Assembly: GCA_036504095.1 (NCBI GenBank)
Contig: DASXVS010000069.1
Coordinates: 14,887-78,886 of the forward strand
DNA from: Armatimonadota bacterium
GTDB taxonomy: Bacteria; Armatimonadota; DTGP01; JAKQQT01
Length of the DNA: 64,000 bases
Reading direction: 5' to 3'
How positions within the stretch are numbered: the stretch's first letter is position 1; every line of letters starts with the position of its first letter. The notes under the pieces were generated by a model. The model worked only from the letters and a program-made list of their open reading frames with translations. It did no database searches and was not told where the DNA came from. Shown here piece by piece: positions 38,526 through 47,940 of this stretch. Position numbers and translations under genes: made by a program.

Positions 38526-39853
38526 CGGGAGTCCTCCTTGTCCGGCGACGGAAGCAGCGTTTCATCGCGCAAAGGACCGCCTGAGGGCGAGATGGATTTC
38601 AGACCGCTACCGGCGATGAAGATGCGGCCGCCCCGCCAGTAAACGGCGTCCGCGCTCACCGAGGGAGCGAGTAGCCTCGCCTTGCTGGTGGCCGCATCCA
38701 CGAGCCAAAGGTCGTATCGGTCGCTCTGCAGGCGAGATTGTGGCTTGCGGAACAAGGCGAACCGCGTCCCGTGCGGCTCGGTGGCGTACCAACTCGATCC
38801 GAGGCCCCGGTACAAGGAGAGCCAGGGCGGCCTGACGGTATCGTTCATTGGAGCTGACAGAACGAACCGCGAGCGTCCCGAACGCGGATTCCAGGCCATA
38901 AATCGATCCACCTGCGTCGCCGGCTTCCGTACCGCATAGAGCAGTTCACCTGTTCCCAGCCAGAGGACCGGCGCCGCCGATTCGTCGTTGATGAGGCGGC
39001 GGTTGCTGCCATCCAGGTGCATCACCCACAATCCGAGCGCGTAGGAACCGGGCTGTGGTGTCCGGGGATGGGGCAAGAAATCGGTATAAGCAATCCATCC
39101 GGTGTTACGAGACGCCAACAACGGATCGCCGGGGAATGGTGAGAATGACCGGGGATAGCAAAGGTAGGCACACATCGCTCCCGGGACAGTTACCAGCAGC
39201 GTAGCGAGCGCCACCGGCCAGCGCGCCTTTCGGGGCGACAGTAGACCTCCGCGCCACGCGACGGCGGCCAGCGCCGCCAGCAGCAGCACCGCTGTCTCGG
39301 CCCAGATCAGGCGCTCCCATCGAAGGGCGTCTACGCCCCGGAATCCCGTCCACGGCAGGCTCCTCGACGCCAGATTCACGGCGTACATGCCCAGAGTTAC
39401 CACGCCGCCGGCGAGAACGGCGGCCAATGGAGCGGACACCGCGGCGCCCATCAGAAACCCCGCGCTGAAACAGAAGGTGAATCCCGTAGCCATCACGCCT
39501 GGTTTGAAGACGTTGGTGGAATCGTAGAAGTGGATTTGCCCAATCTGCCAGGCAAGAGAAGCTGTCGCGAATGCAATCAGCACGGCTGGGAGTGTCTTCG
39601 CGACCCACACCTGCCAGCGGGGCACCGGGATCGTCGCGAGGGTCATGCGCGCCTGATCGCGTTCGCCGGGGAATGACCGCGCGCCCCATATCAGGAAGAC
39701 CGCGTAGATCAACAGCACCTCCGAATGCTCGGTGGGCCACCTCTGGGTGTTGGAGAAGTAGCTCATGTACGCGAGGGTGATGACCGGCGACGCAATGGCG
39801 GCGAGCGCAAACCAGAATTGTTCGTTGGCTTCCTTCCAGAAGAGGCGTATCAT
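38522..39853 (-). CDS. ABC-2 type permease-like membrane protein with a C-terminal TolB/PD40-like beta-propeller region
   Basis: MIRLFWKEANEQFWF start, multiple TM helices. The C-terminal part has GWIAYTD...LWVMHLDGSNRRL...LWLVDAATSKARLL repeats. Confidence 0.6.
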   Translation of the reverse strand: MIRLFWKEANEQFWFALAAIASPVITLAYMSYFSNTQRWPTEHSEVLLIYAVFLIWGARSFPGERDQARMTLATIPVPRWQVWVAKTLPAVLIAFATASLAWQIGQIHFYDSTNVFKPGVMATGFTFCFSAGFLMGAAVSAPLAAVLAGGVVTLGMYAVNLASRSLPWTGFRGVDALRWERLIWAETAVLLLAALAAVAWRGGLLSPRKARWPVALATLLVTVPGAMCAYLCYPRSFSPFPGDPLLASRNTGWIAYTDFLPHPRTPQPGSYALGLWVMHLDGSNRRLINDESAAPVLWLGTGELLYAVRKPATQVDRFMAWNPRSGRSRFVLSAPMNDTVRPPWLSLYRGLGSSWYATEPHGTRFALFRKPQSRLQSDRYDLWLVDAATSKARLLAPSVSADAVYWRGGRIFIAGSGLKSISPSGGPLRDETLLPSPDKEDSR

Positions 39854-40746
39854 CGCCCGCCTCCTTCACCCAGCAGCGCCACCAGCACATCCTCCAGCGG
39901 CAGGTCTTCCACGTCCACCTGCGGCGCGATGCGGTGCGCGGACTGGAGCACGGCCTCGGAATGGTTGCGGACCACGATGGTCGCCTGGCGACCGGAGATC
40001 CGGGTCGAAAGCGCGCCGTCGAGGCTCAGGCTTTGTGGAACGGAATCGGGGAAGGTAAGGACCAGTCGTTTGACGGATCGCTTCAAGTCGTCGAGGGGGC
40101 CGGACCAGATGAGCCGACCTTCATCCAACACGCCCACCCAGTCCGCCACGCGCTCGACCTCATGGACGATGTGCGATGAGAAGAAGACCGTTCTGCCCTC
40201 CTGCTGGATCATATCGATGACGCCTTCGAGGAACTCACGGCGAACGACCACATCCAGACCGGCGGTCGGCTCATCGAGGATCAGCAACTCCGGCCGGTGC
40301 GCCATCGCCAGCAGCAAGGCAACTTTCGCCTGTGTGCCGCGTGAGAGGTTCCGCAGCTTCTGTTTCGCCGGCAGTTCCATCTGCCGCGTCAGATCGGCGG
40401 CCAACGCGTCGTCCCACGTGGGGTAGAAACCCTTGCAGAACCAGACGATCTGGGCGACCGACATCCAATCGTACATCCGCTGGCCTTCCGCGACGTAGCC
40501 GATGCGCTTCTTCAATTCGAAGTCCCTGCGCTGGGGGTCCAGCCCGAGCACGCTGACGCCCCCGGAGGACCGGTCCAGCAGGTTGAGGAGCATGCGGATC
40601 GTGGTTGTCTTTCCGGCACCGTTGCGGCCGAGGAAGGCGTATACGCTGCCAGTTGGTACCTGCAGGTTCAAGTGGTCCACGGCGAGATGCTTTCGGTATC
40701 GCTTGGTGAGTTCCAGGGTTTGGATGGCATAGGTCGGTTCATTCAT
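39850..40746 (-). CDS. ABC transporter ATP-binding protein (ABC-2/YtrB type)
   Basis: GRNGAGKTTT, LSRGTQAKVALLLAM, LILDEPTAGLD. AGGAG SD before the ATG at 40746. The track ORF starts at 40767. Confidence 0.9.
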   Translation of the reverse strand: MNEPTYAIQTLELTKRYRKHLAVDHLNLQVPTGSVYAFLGRNGAGKTTTIRMLLNLLDRSSGGVSVLGLDPQRRDFELKKRIGYVAEGQRMYDWMSVAQIVWFCKGFYPTWDDALAADLTRQMELPAKQKLRNLSRGTQAKVALLLAMAHRPELLILDEPTAGLDVVVRREFLEGVIDMIQQEGRTVFFSSHIVHEVERVADWVGVLDEGRLIWSGPLDDLKRSVKRLVLTFPDSVPQSLSLDGALSTRISGRQATIVVRNHSEAVLQSAHRIAPQVDVEDLPLEDVLVALLGEGGGR

Positions 40747-41161
40747 GGGGTGTCTCCTGGCCGGCATCGCGGCTCTCGAACTGCGGCTTCAGGGCGCTGA
40801 GGGCGGATTGCAGGGCGGCGGCGATTTGGGCGGGGCTGGCGCCGAGGTGGTAGCCTTCCACGGCGAGCTGCCCGGCCAGCCGGGCCAGCTCGGCGGTGCG
40901 ATAGGCTGTGGTCGCGTCGGAGCCATTGTCCGTGATGACGCTTCCGCGGCCGTGGTCGGTCCGGATGACACCGTGGGTTTCCAGCTCGCGGTAGGCCTTA
41001 GCGACGGTGTTTGGGTTCACGCGCAGCACCAGCGACGCGTCGCGCAACGACGGCAGGTAGTCTCCGGGCCGCAACAGCCCGGCGGCCACGGCGTGCTTCA
41101 CCTGCGACACAATCTGCGCGTACACCGGCACCGAGCTTGCGGGGTCCACTTTGATGAGCAT
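40739..41161 (-). CDS. GntR-family (YtrA-like) transcriptional regulator
   Basis: PVYAQIVSQVKHAVAAGLLRPGDYLPSLRDASLVLRVNPNTVAKAYRELETHGVIRTDHGRGSVI winged HTH. Short C-terminal tail. Confidence 0.9.
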   Translation of the reverse strand: MLIKVDPASSVPVYAQIVSQVKHAVAAGLLRPGDYLPSLRDASLVLRVNPNTVAKAYRELETHGVIRTDHGRGSVITDNGSDATTAYRTAELARLAGQLAVEGYHLGASPAQIAAALQSALSALKPQFESRDAGQETPHE

Positions 41162-41177
41162 CGGCTTGCCTCCTCTG

Positions 41178-41213
41178 TACTACACATGTAGCACAGTGAT
41201 ACAGTTCTGTCAA
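41178..41213 (-). promoter_or_regulatory. Candidate autoregulated promoter/operator of the GntR operon
   Basis: TTGACA (plus-strand tgtcaa at 41208-41213) and a 16-bp near-palindrome tactacacatgtagca (41178-41193) between it and the start codon. The -10 is poor. Confidence 0.3.
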
Positions 41214-41399
41214 GCCCTTCTTGAAAAACGTGGACGCGAAATCTCGGGGTGGTGCGTCTGAGCGTCTCGCCCGCCGGTTGAACCCGACCGCTAAGCGCCA
41301 AGCCTGCAGCACAGGCAGGAACGCTTGCCCGGAGGGCAGGTTTCGTGTTCAGCCGTATGATTCATCCGGCGGGAAAGACGACGGGAAGTGCATGACAGG

Positions 41400-41903
41400 C
41401 TAGTGGCTGCCTCGCTGCACCATCAGTTCGAGGTCCTCTTTCAGGTTTTGAAGGTCCTCCTCGTGCTCGACCTCCTGTTCCAGGATGGTGAGAGCCATGT
41501 TGTACGTCACCATATCCTTGTCCTTGGTCGCATCCATGAGCGACTTGTAGGAGGAGATGGCGCACTGTTCGCCGGCGATGTTCTGGTCCAGCAGCACGGC
41601 GACATAGGGGTCTTCCGGCGCATCGTAGGCGCACGGGCTGAGGTCAAACCAGGCCCGGGGGCTGGTGACCGGCGTGCCGCCCAACTGGATGATGCGGTTG
41701 GCCACTAGAACGGCGTGATTGAGTTCCTCGGTGGCGTGAAGCGTCAGTTCGGCGACCACGGCGTCCTTCATCGGGCCTTTGATGACCTTCGCGCCCAGCC
41801 AGTACTGATAGTAAGCGAGCCATTCGCTCGCGTATGCGGCGTTGAGCAACCGAATCAGCTCATCGACGTCCATACCGACAATCTCGCGACCTCTGGTTCC
41901 CAT
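41400..41903 (-). CDS. Ferritin-like (Dps/bacterioferritin superfamily) protein
   Basis: GGGAGG SD. LNAAYASEWLAYYQYWLGAKV...HATEELNHAVLVANRIIQLGG...ILEQEVEHEEDL di-iron ligand pattern. Confidence 0.75.
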   Translation of the reverse strand: MGTRGREIVGMDVDELIRLLNAAYASEWLAYYQYWLGAKVIKGPMKDAVVAELTLHATEELNHAVLVANRIIQLGGTPVTSPRAWFDLSPCAYDAPEDPYVAVLLDQNIAGEQCAISSYKSLMDATKDKDMVTYNMALTILEQEVEHEEDLQNLKEDLELMVQRGSH

Positions 41904-42021
41904 AGTGTCCTCCCTTGGTGTGCTCTCTTGCACACTGGTGATCCGCCAACGGCATAGGGGGTCTTGAAACGCTCGAAGGCCTGCATAGTCTGGCGGACGG
42001 TGATAGGCGGATCGTCTGACA

Positions 42022-42282
42022 TCAAAACCCCATTATCTCCGGGTCCCAGCTGAACGCCTTGCGCATCAGGTCTGCGGGGATGGTGCGAGAGGCCACCCTG
42101 AGGGCGACCTCGCGTTCGTCGGCACCCGGGTGCATCTTCCGTACACTGCTTGCAGCCAATTCCCATACAGTGAAATTCAGTTGCTGCACGCAGCGCATCT
42201 TCTCCGCCGCGGACATGCGCCGGTAGCCTTCGATGAGAAGCCTCTCGATTTCTGGATGCGTATCGCGCGATTGTGTTCTCAT
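42022..42282 (-). CDS. Small helical hypothetical protein (86 aa)
   Basis: ORF with plausible composition. Weak SD. Confidence 0.4.
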   Translation of the reverse strand: MRTQSRDTHPEIERLLIEGYRRMSAAEKMRCVQQLNFTVWELAASSVRKMHPGADEREVALRVASRTIPADLMRKAFSWDPEIMGF

Positions 42283-42374
42283 GCTTTCGATCCCGGAGTT
42301 TCCCGATTTACCCCTTGCAGAATTGTAACACGGTCACACCCGCGAGGCCCGCACACTTCGCTCCCGCGCTCCCC

Positions 42375-42445
42375 CGCCACCAGCCGCTTCCTCGCGTACG
42401 GGATCAGCCCGCCGGCGCCGATTATGGCTTGGCGCGCGGGAGCGC
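42375..42445 (-). pseudogene. Displaced remnant of the leuD 3' end
   Basis: About 83 percent identical to 43226-43296. Encodes PARQAIIGAGGLIPYARKRLVA versus the leuD C-terminus PARQAIIDAGGLIPYARARLMAV. Confidence 0.65.
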
Positions 42446-42547
42446 TGTCACGCGTGCGGCGGTTGAGGGTCCTCTAACTCATGCCGTATGGACCGGCTTT
42501 CCGCGTACCGAGTCCGCCACCGAGGTGTCAGGAGGGCCGTGCATCCG

Positions 42548-43036
42548 CTATCTTGCGCTCCTGTGTTTCTCGCATTCAGAGACCATACGGTTGAAGGCCC
42601 ACTCAGGTATGCATGTAGTCGCGTTGGGATCAGGCGCTATGCCATCCGAATGCTCGGTCTCTCGAAGGGAAGGGTCGGCAGCCCACGGAGCAATCGTTCC
42701 GATGCCTTGTCGGCTAGGGGTGCGTACATAGCCGGGGGGAGGTGCGGAATCGGGCTCTATCGGAAGGCCGAATGCAGCGTCAATCTTGTCTCGCGCTCGG
42801 TTCCAAGCGTTGGTTAGCGCGACGCCCTCTGTCCGGACTCTTAAAGCCCGAACAGGATCGGGATCGATGGTACCGTCGGGTGCGAGAGGGTAGTATCCGG
42901 GTTGGAACAGAGGGTTGCTTAAGTCGAACGGTACCGACGCTCTTCGTTCCCGTCGATGAAACGGCCAGAAAGCGAAAAGTCGCTTTCGGCTCGGTTGCGG
43001 CAGGCCTGAAATCTGCTCAGTTTCCTTATCGTCCAT
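42548..43036 (-). CDS. Hypothetical protein (162 aa) inside the leuD-flanked insert
   Basis: AGGAGG 5 nt before the ATG at 43036. Lower-GC region. No domain recognised. Confidence 0.5.
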   Translation of the reverse strand: MDDKETEQISGLPQPSRKRLFAFWPFHRRERRASVPFDLSNPLFQPGYYPLAPDGTIDPDPVRALRVRTEGVALTNAWNRARDKIDAAFGLPIEPDSAPPPGYVRTPSRQGIGTIAPWAADPSLRETEHSDGIAPDPNATTCIPEWAFNRMVSECEKHRSAR

Positions 43037-43221
43037 ATATCCTCCTGGCACCCATCAGATCTGCGGTAGACGGGGCTACCGCCGAAGTGTCGTGCTTCGC
43101 TAGTTGCGACAAAACAGATTTCGATCTATGCCGTGTCGCGCCGAATCGGCAGTTAAGGTTCCGCCCCGTTCAGGTACCGGCGCTCTAGCCCATGGCTGGC
43201 TGTCGAGTGGAGAAACTCTTT

Positions 43222-43707
43222 TCACACCGCCATAAGCCGTGCCCTCGCGTACGGGATCAAGCCGCCGGCGTCGATAATGGCCTGGCGGGCGGGCGGCAGC
43301 GGGACGATGGGATAGGCCTTGCCGGTGGTCTTGTTCACCACCTTGTCCGCCCCGATATCCAGCTCATCGCCTTCGGACGCCTCGATCGCGGGGCAGATGA
43401 TCAGGCGCAGGCCCAGGTTGACCGCGTTCTGGAGGAAAATGCGCGCGAAATCCTTCGCAACGATCGTCAGTTCCCAGCCCTTGAGGCACGAAGCGGCCTG
43501 CTCCCGGGATGATCCGCACCCGAAATTACGGTCGGCCACGATGTAACTCCCCGGCGGCACTCCGCCGGCCTTGAGGGTGGCGTTGATCGGGTGGTCGGCG
43601 AACGCCAGTTGCGGTGTCTCGGTCGGCAGGACCGTGGCCATGAACCGGCCAGGGTAGATGATATCCGTCGATACATCCGGACCGAGTTTCAGCACGACTT
43701 TGCCCAT
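43222..43707 (-). CDS. leuD: 3-isopropylmalate dehydratase small subunit (short, archaeal-type)
   Basis: DVSTDIIYPGRF...NFGCGSSREQAASCL aconitase swivel domain. Immediately follows leuC. Confidence 0.9.
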   Translation of the reverse strand: MGKVVLKLGPDVSTDIIYPGRFMATVLPTETPQLAFADHPINATLKAGGVPPGSYIVADRNFGCGSSREQAASCLKGWELTIVAKDFARIFLQNAVNLGLRLIICPAIEASEGDELDIGADKVVNKTTGKAYPIVPLPPARQAIIDAGGLIPYARARLMAV

Positions 43708-43708
43708 C

Positions 43709-45001
43709 TCATACCCCTTCCTTCCGCGGGTCGGTGATCACGCCGGACACAGCGCTCGCTGCGGCGGTGGACGGCGAGCACAGGTAGACCCCTGCGTTCG
43801 GATTGCCCATGCGTCCCTTGAAATTGCGGTTGGTGGTGGCAAGGGCTACTTCGCCGTCGCCGAGCGCGCCCTGATGGACGCCCAGGCACGGGCCGCAGCC
43901 GGGGTTGCAGACCACGGCGCCGGCCTCAATGAGGTCCTTCAGAATCCCGGCCTCCATCGCCTGCATGTAGATTTTCCACGATGCGGGGAACACCAGAAGC
44001 CGGGTGCCCTCGGCCACCTTTCGGCCTTTAAGGATGCCCGCCGCGGCCAGCAGATCGTCGAGGCGGCCGTTGGTGCAGGAACCGATGACGATCTGATCGA
44101 TGTGCGTGCCCTCCACCGCGCCGACTCCCTTCACGTTGTCCACCGTGTGCGGGCACGCGATCTGCGGGGCGAGGGTCGAGGCGTCGACCCGTACGGTCTG
44201 TACGTATTGAGCGTCCGCGTCCGGCGTTACTAGGTCCAGTGCATCCATTACGCCGGCCTCTTCGCGCAGATAGCGGACCGTCTCGGCATCTCCCGGCACG
44301 ATGCCGGACGTGGCGCCGGCCTCGACGGACATGTTGCAGAGCGTGAGGCGGCCGGAGGTGGGCATCGCGTCGATGGCGCTGCCGTGGAACTCCAGCACGC
44401 GGAAATTGGCGCCCTCGGCGGTCAGAGTGCCGATAAGGTTCAGGATGATGTCCTTCGGCTCCACGCCGGGCGACAGCTTCCCGTCCACCTCCACGCGGAT
44501 CGTGCCGGGCACTTCCACGTTCAGCATGCGGCCCAGCGCCCAGACGGCGGCCATTTCGGTGGCGCCGATTCCGAATGCGAACGAGCCCAGCGCGCCGTGG
44601 CTGGTTGTATGGCTGTCGGTGCCGACCACCACGCCACCCGGCCGGATATAGCCGTACTCCGGCAGTATCTGGTGGCAGATACCGCCCTGGTCGGCGCGCA
44701 CGTCGTGGAATTTGGCGATGCCCTGCGCCTTCACGAACTCGCGGATCAGTTTCTGGTTCGTCGCGGTCTTAGCGCTTTCTGCGGGCACACGGTGGTCGAA
44801 AATGATAGCGATGCGGCTCGGATCCCACACCTTCGGCTCGCGACCGGTACCCTGGTAGATCTCGCAGAACTGGTTGATGACCAGCGCACCGTTTTCGTGC
44901 GACATCGCGAGGGAAACGTCGGGCTCCACAACCTCGCCAACTTCCACCTCGGCGCGCCCAACGGCCTTCGCCAGTATCTTCTGTACGGTTGTCTGCGCCA
45001 T
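43709..45001 (-). CDS. leuC: 3-isopropylmalate dehydratase large subunit
   Basis: Aconitase family: TDSHTTSHGALGSFAFGIG, IGSCTNGR, NPGCGPCLG Fe-S cysteines. Confidence 0.92.
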   Translation of the reverse strand: MAQTTVQKILAKAVGRAEVEVGEVVEPDVSLAMSHENGALVINQFCEIYQGTGREPKVWDPSRIAIIFDHRVPAESAKTATNQKLIREFVKAQGIAKFHDVRADQGGICHQILPEYGYIRPGGVVVGTDSHTTSHGALGSFAFGIGATEMAAVWALGRMLNVEVPGTIRVEVDGKLSPGVEPKDIILNLIGTLTAEGANFRVLEFHGSAIDAMPTSGRLTLCNMSVEAGATSGIVPGDAETVRYLREEAGVMDALDLVTPDADAQYVQTVRVDASTLAPQIACPHTVDNVKGVGAVEGTHIDQIVIGSCTNGRLDDLLAAAGILKGRKVAEGTRLLVFPASWKIYMQAMEAGILKDLIEAGAVVCNPGCGPCLGVHQGALGDGEVALATTNRNFKGRMGNPNAGVYLCSPSTAAASAVSGVITDPRKEGV

Positions 45002-45070
45002 GCGGCGCCTCCTTTCGAATTCCGGATTTTACCACGGAGGACACTGAGGGCACGGAGTATCACGGAGGTC
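44969..45070. repeat. Direct repeat copy 1: leuC first 11 codons plus upstream leader
   Basis: cgccagtatcttctgtacggttgtctgcgccat...ccacggaggacactgagggcacggagtatcacggaggtcc, repeated at 46653-46754. Confidence 0.85.
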
Positions 45071-45218
45071 CGGATAACGTCTCCCTGAGCGCAGCGAAGG
45101 ATACCAGCCTCTCCAGCCCGGTAGATCGCCCCGTTCGTTGTCGTTCAGATTCATTCCTCCGTGAACCTCTGCGCTCTTCTGCGTAGTCTGCGTTCTCTGC
45201 AGTAAGAATCCGGTCGAC

Positions 45219-46598
45219 TCATTCCCTTAACCTTTGACGTTCCGGCCAGTTTGGCTTCGGCGCCACTGCCTTGGACGACTTCCCGCGTCCCACCGGACTG
45301 AGCAGCGCGACAACGTGGTGCATCCCGATCGGGTCGGGCACTGAATCCGGTCCGATCCGTGATGCCTCAACGGCTATCTGGCCACGGTTATTGATGGCAA
45401 ATGCCCGGACAATGGTCCAATCTCCCTTTACGAGCTCGTTCAGTTTGTACATCCGGCCGTTTTCCCAAAGGAGAGGAACGTACTTACCTTGATATGAATG
45501 TGCCGCGTGCATGTAGAATACGTTGCCCACCACCTGACCGCTGTCGTTGATGCCCAACGCATAAGTTTTCGTCGCGTCGGGCAGAGTGCCGAGGGCATAT
45601 ATGTGGCCCTTGTTCCAAAGGAATGGCTGCTGGAAGGCATCTCCCCAGATCGCGCCCCCAACGTCCTGTTCGCCGGTCAGAGTACCAACTATCACTCCCC
45701 CCTTGTTTATCGCAGCTGGGCGCACCTGGTGGTATCCCGGCAGGACGCCCAGATCCTGGATGTTCCCGTGCTCCCACAAGAACGCCCGGTTACCCGATAT
45801 CGCGACAACTTGACCGGCGTCGTTCAAATCTATGCCGGCACTATCGGCGTTTTCGTCCGGCAGCGCGTTGAGGTCCGTCTTTGTGGCCTGGGAAAGCAGA
45901 GTGGCATGGTGAATCGGCCTTCGCATCGGTCCCACGTCACCACTATTCTCGACCCTGGTCCGCCCGGTATCCTCGGTACCGATCACCACTCCAAGATCGT
46001 TGAAACCGGCGCTGTTCAGCCAGTCTGCATGCAAATTCACGGGAAGGGTCTTGCCGTTGGACCAAAGAGCCAAGTCGTGGGCGGAAGCGGCCAGGAGCAC
46101 ATCGCCTTTTTCGTTCAAATCGACAGCGGTTGTGCGAGGGCCCACCGCCGCGGATAAGCTGAACAGCTTGCCGTTAGCCCATAGGTGAGAGGCGGCCCGT
46201 TGCGGTCCTGAGGGTGCGAGAAGCATATCGCCGTTGCTGTTCAAACGATACACGACATAGCCCTCAAGCGGTAGTGGGACAACCTCATACCTTGGAGGAG
46301 GCGTTTCATGTTCTGTCACCGGAAGCTTCGGGCCAGGGGCGGGCCGGTACAACAGGTCTACTGCCGGAGTATTGGCGTTACCTTGTGGTTGAGATTCGAG
46401 TCGCAGGTATTCCTGAATCCGCCGGCGGCGCTCTTCATCCGACAGGCGTCGCGTCGCCGTCTGGGAGTCGACGGGCGGTTGAACCTGATTGGAATGGTGT
46501 CCAAGCGATGGATCGGGTGGACGCCTGCAGCCTCCACTGAGGAGCGCCGCAGTGAGGGCGGAAATGCAGAGTTGGTTGTGAGTGATGTTGTAACGCAT
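45219..46598 (-). CDS. Secreted HAF-type repeat protein
   Basis: Signal/lipobox-like LTAALLSGGC. Repeats of the form INDSGQVVGN, LNDAGQVVAISGNRAFLWEHGNIQDLGVLPG, QPFLWNKGHIYALGTLP, INNRGQIAVEA. Confidence 0.7.
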   Translation of the reverse strand: MRYNITHNQLCISALTAALLSGGCRRPPDPSLGHHSNQVQPPVDSQTATRRLSDEERRRRIQEYLRLESQPQGNANTPAVDLLYRPAPGPKLPVTEHETPPPRYEVVPLPLEGYVVYRLNSNGDMLLAPSGPQRAASHLWANGKLFSLSAAVGPRTTAVDLNEKGDVLLAASAHDLALWSNGKTLPVNLHADWLNSAGFNDLGVVIGTEDTGRTRVENSGDVGPMRRPIHHATLLSQATKTDLNALPDENADSAGIDLNDAGQVVAISGNRAFLWEHGNIQDLGVLPGYHQVRPAAINKGGVIVGTLTGEQDVGGAIWGDAFQQPFLWNKGHIYALGTLPDATKTYALGINDSGQVVGNVFYMHAAHSYQGKYVPLLWENGRMYKLNELVKGDWTIVRAFAINNRGQIAVEASRIGPDSVPDPIGMHHVVALLSPVGRGKSSKAVAPKPNWPERQRLRE

Positions 46599-46652
46599 AG
46601 TTGAACGTCCTAACTATGAATAGTTGTTGACAGGGCCTATCGCAAGGGCGAT

Positions 46653-46754
46653 CGCCAGTATCTTCTGTACGGTTGTCTGCGCCATTCGGCGGATGCTTTC
46701 GATTTCCGGATTTCACCACGGAGGACACTGAGGGCACGGAGTATCACGGAGGTC
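46653..46754. repeat. Direct repeat copy 2 of the leuC 5' end plus leader, now upstream of the HAF gene
   Basis: About 90 percent identical to 44969-45070. Retains the ATG and MAQTTVQKILA, then diverges into a 23-codon ORF ending at 46614. Confidence 0.85.
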
Positions 46755-46945
46755 CAATCCGGACCGGGCACTGAAGCACCCGTCTGAGGGGCCTTTGGCC
46801 AATCGTCCTTCGGACGACTGACGTGGGTAGTAACTCGATCCCTCGCTACCAACTCGTGCGTCGGAATGACATGGTCGAACGCCTGCACTCTTTGAGCCTC
46901 TGCGCTCCTCTGCGCACTCTGCGTCCTCTGCGGTGAGAATCCCCC

Positions 46946-47893
46946 TTACTCCTTGCCTTCGCCTTTGACGATCCAGCCGGCGCCGTGGTACTTGGCATCC
47001 AGGTGCTGCTTCGGCAGGAAGGCGTCCTCCTTGGCCCGGTACTCCTTGAGGCCTACGAAATCCGTATACTCCTCGAACGACGCCAGCCACTGCGTCTGCC
47101 CCGGCAGGATTCCGTCCGGAGCCGCCTTCAACGCCATGAAGAAGTCGGTCAGCGCCTTCTGCGCGACCATGATGGAAGCGACCGGTATGGACACGCGGCC
47201 GACACCCATCTTCGCCAGCACCGGGATCGGAATCAGTTCGGTCTTCATGCCGGAGACGGCGTCCATGAGGTTCACGGACAGCGGTCCGCACACTTCCCTG
47301 ACCGCCTGCTCAACCTGCGCAACCGTACGGATGCCGTCGATGAACGCCAGGTCGGCGCCGGCCTCCAGGTAGAGGTTGCAACGGCGGATGGCCTCATCGA
47401 GGCCGCCGATGGCGAGGACGTCCGTCCGCGCGTTGATGATGAAATCCGGATCCAGTTTGTCGCGCACGGCGGCGCACGCGCCGATCTTGCCGGCCATTTC
47501 CTCGGCCGGAATCACCTCCTTGCCGGCCATGTGCCCGCACCGCTTCGGGAAGACCTGGTCCTCCATGTTCATTCCGGCGATGCCCATCGCGATGACGCGC
47601 TCCGCCAGCCACGCGGCGTTGACCGCGTTGCCTCCGCCGGTATCGAGATCGGCCATCACCGGGATATCCACGGCCTGAGCGATGTTCCACGCCGTGTCCA
47701 GTACGTCCTTCATCTGGACGAGGCCGACGTCCGGCATCCCCATGAGGGAGCCGGCGACCCCGTAGCCCGAGATCTGGATCGCCTCAAAACCGCATTTTTC
47801 GATGACGCGCGCCGAAAGCGCGTCGTGACACCCTGGCACCACCACCGCCCGGCGCTCCATGATTGCTTTTCTGAGTGTTGTTGTTCGTTTCAT
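46946..47893 (-). CDS. Isocitrate lyase/PEP mutase family enzyme (methylisocitrate lyase or related lyase/mutase)
   Basis: VVPGCHDALSARVIEKCGF, ADLDTGGGN, MEDQVFPKRCGHMAGKEV (KRCGH motif). Confidence 0.85.
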   Translation of the reverse strand: MKRTTTLRKAIMERRAVVVPGCHDALSARVIEKCGFEAIQISGYGVAGSLMGMPDVGLVQMKDVLDTAWNIAQAVDIPVMADLDTGGGNAVNAAWLAERVIAMGIAGMNMEDQVFPKRCGHMAGKEVIPAEEMAGKIGACAAVRDKLDPDFIINARTDVLAIGGLDEAIRRCNLYLEAGADLAFIDGIRTVAQVEQAVREVCGPLSVNLMDAVSGMKTELIPIPVLAKMGVGRVSIPVASIMVAQKALTDFFMALKAAPDGILPGQTQWLASFEEYTDFVGLKEYRAKEDAFLPKQHLDAKYHGAGWIVKGEGKE

Positions 47894-47940
47894 TGGAAGG
47901 CTCCTCTGTGATTGGCGACATGGGGCTGAGGACGCCCCTC

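Noticed and set aside
18661-46754. Search for an integrase, transposase or IS element that could explain the three duplicated gene-end insertions and the RHS islands
   Set aside because: No ORF in the window shows tyrosine or serine recombinase or DDE transposase motifs, and no terminal inverted repeats typical of IS elements were seen. The mechanism therefore stays open.
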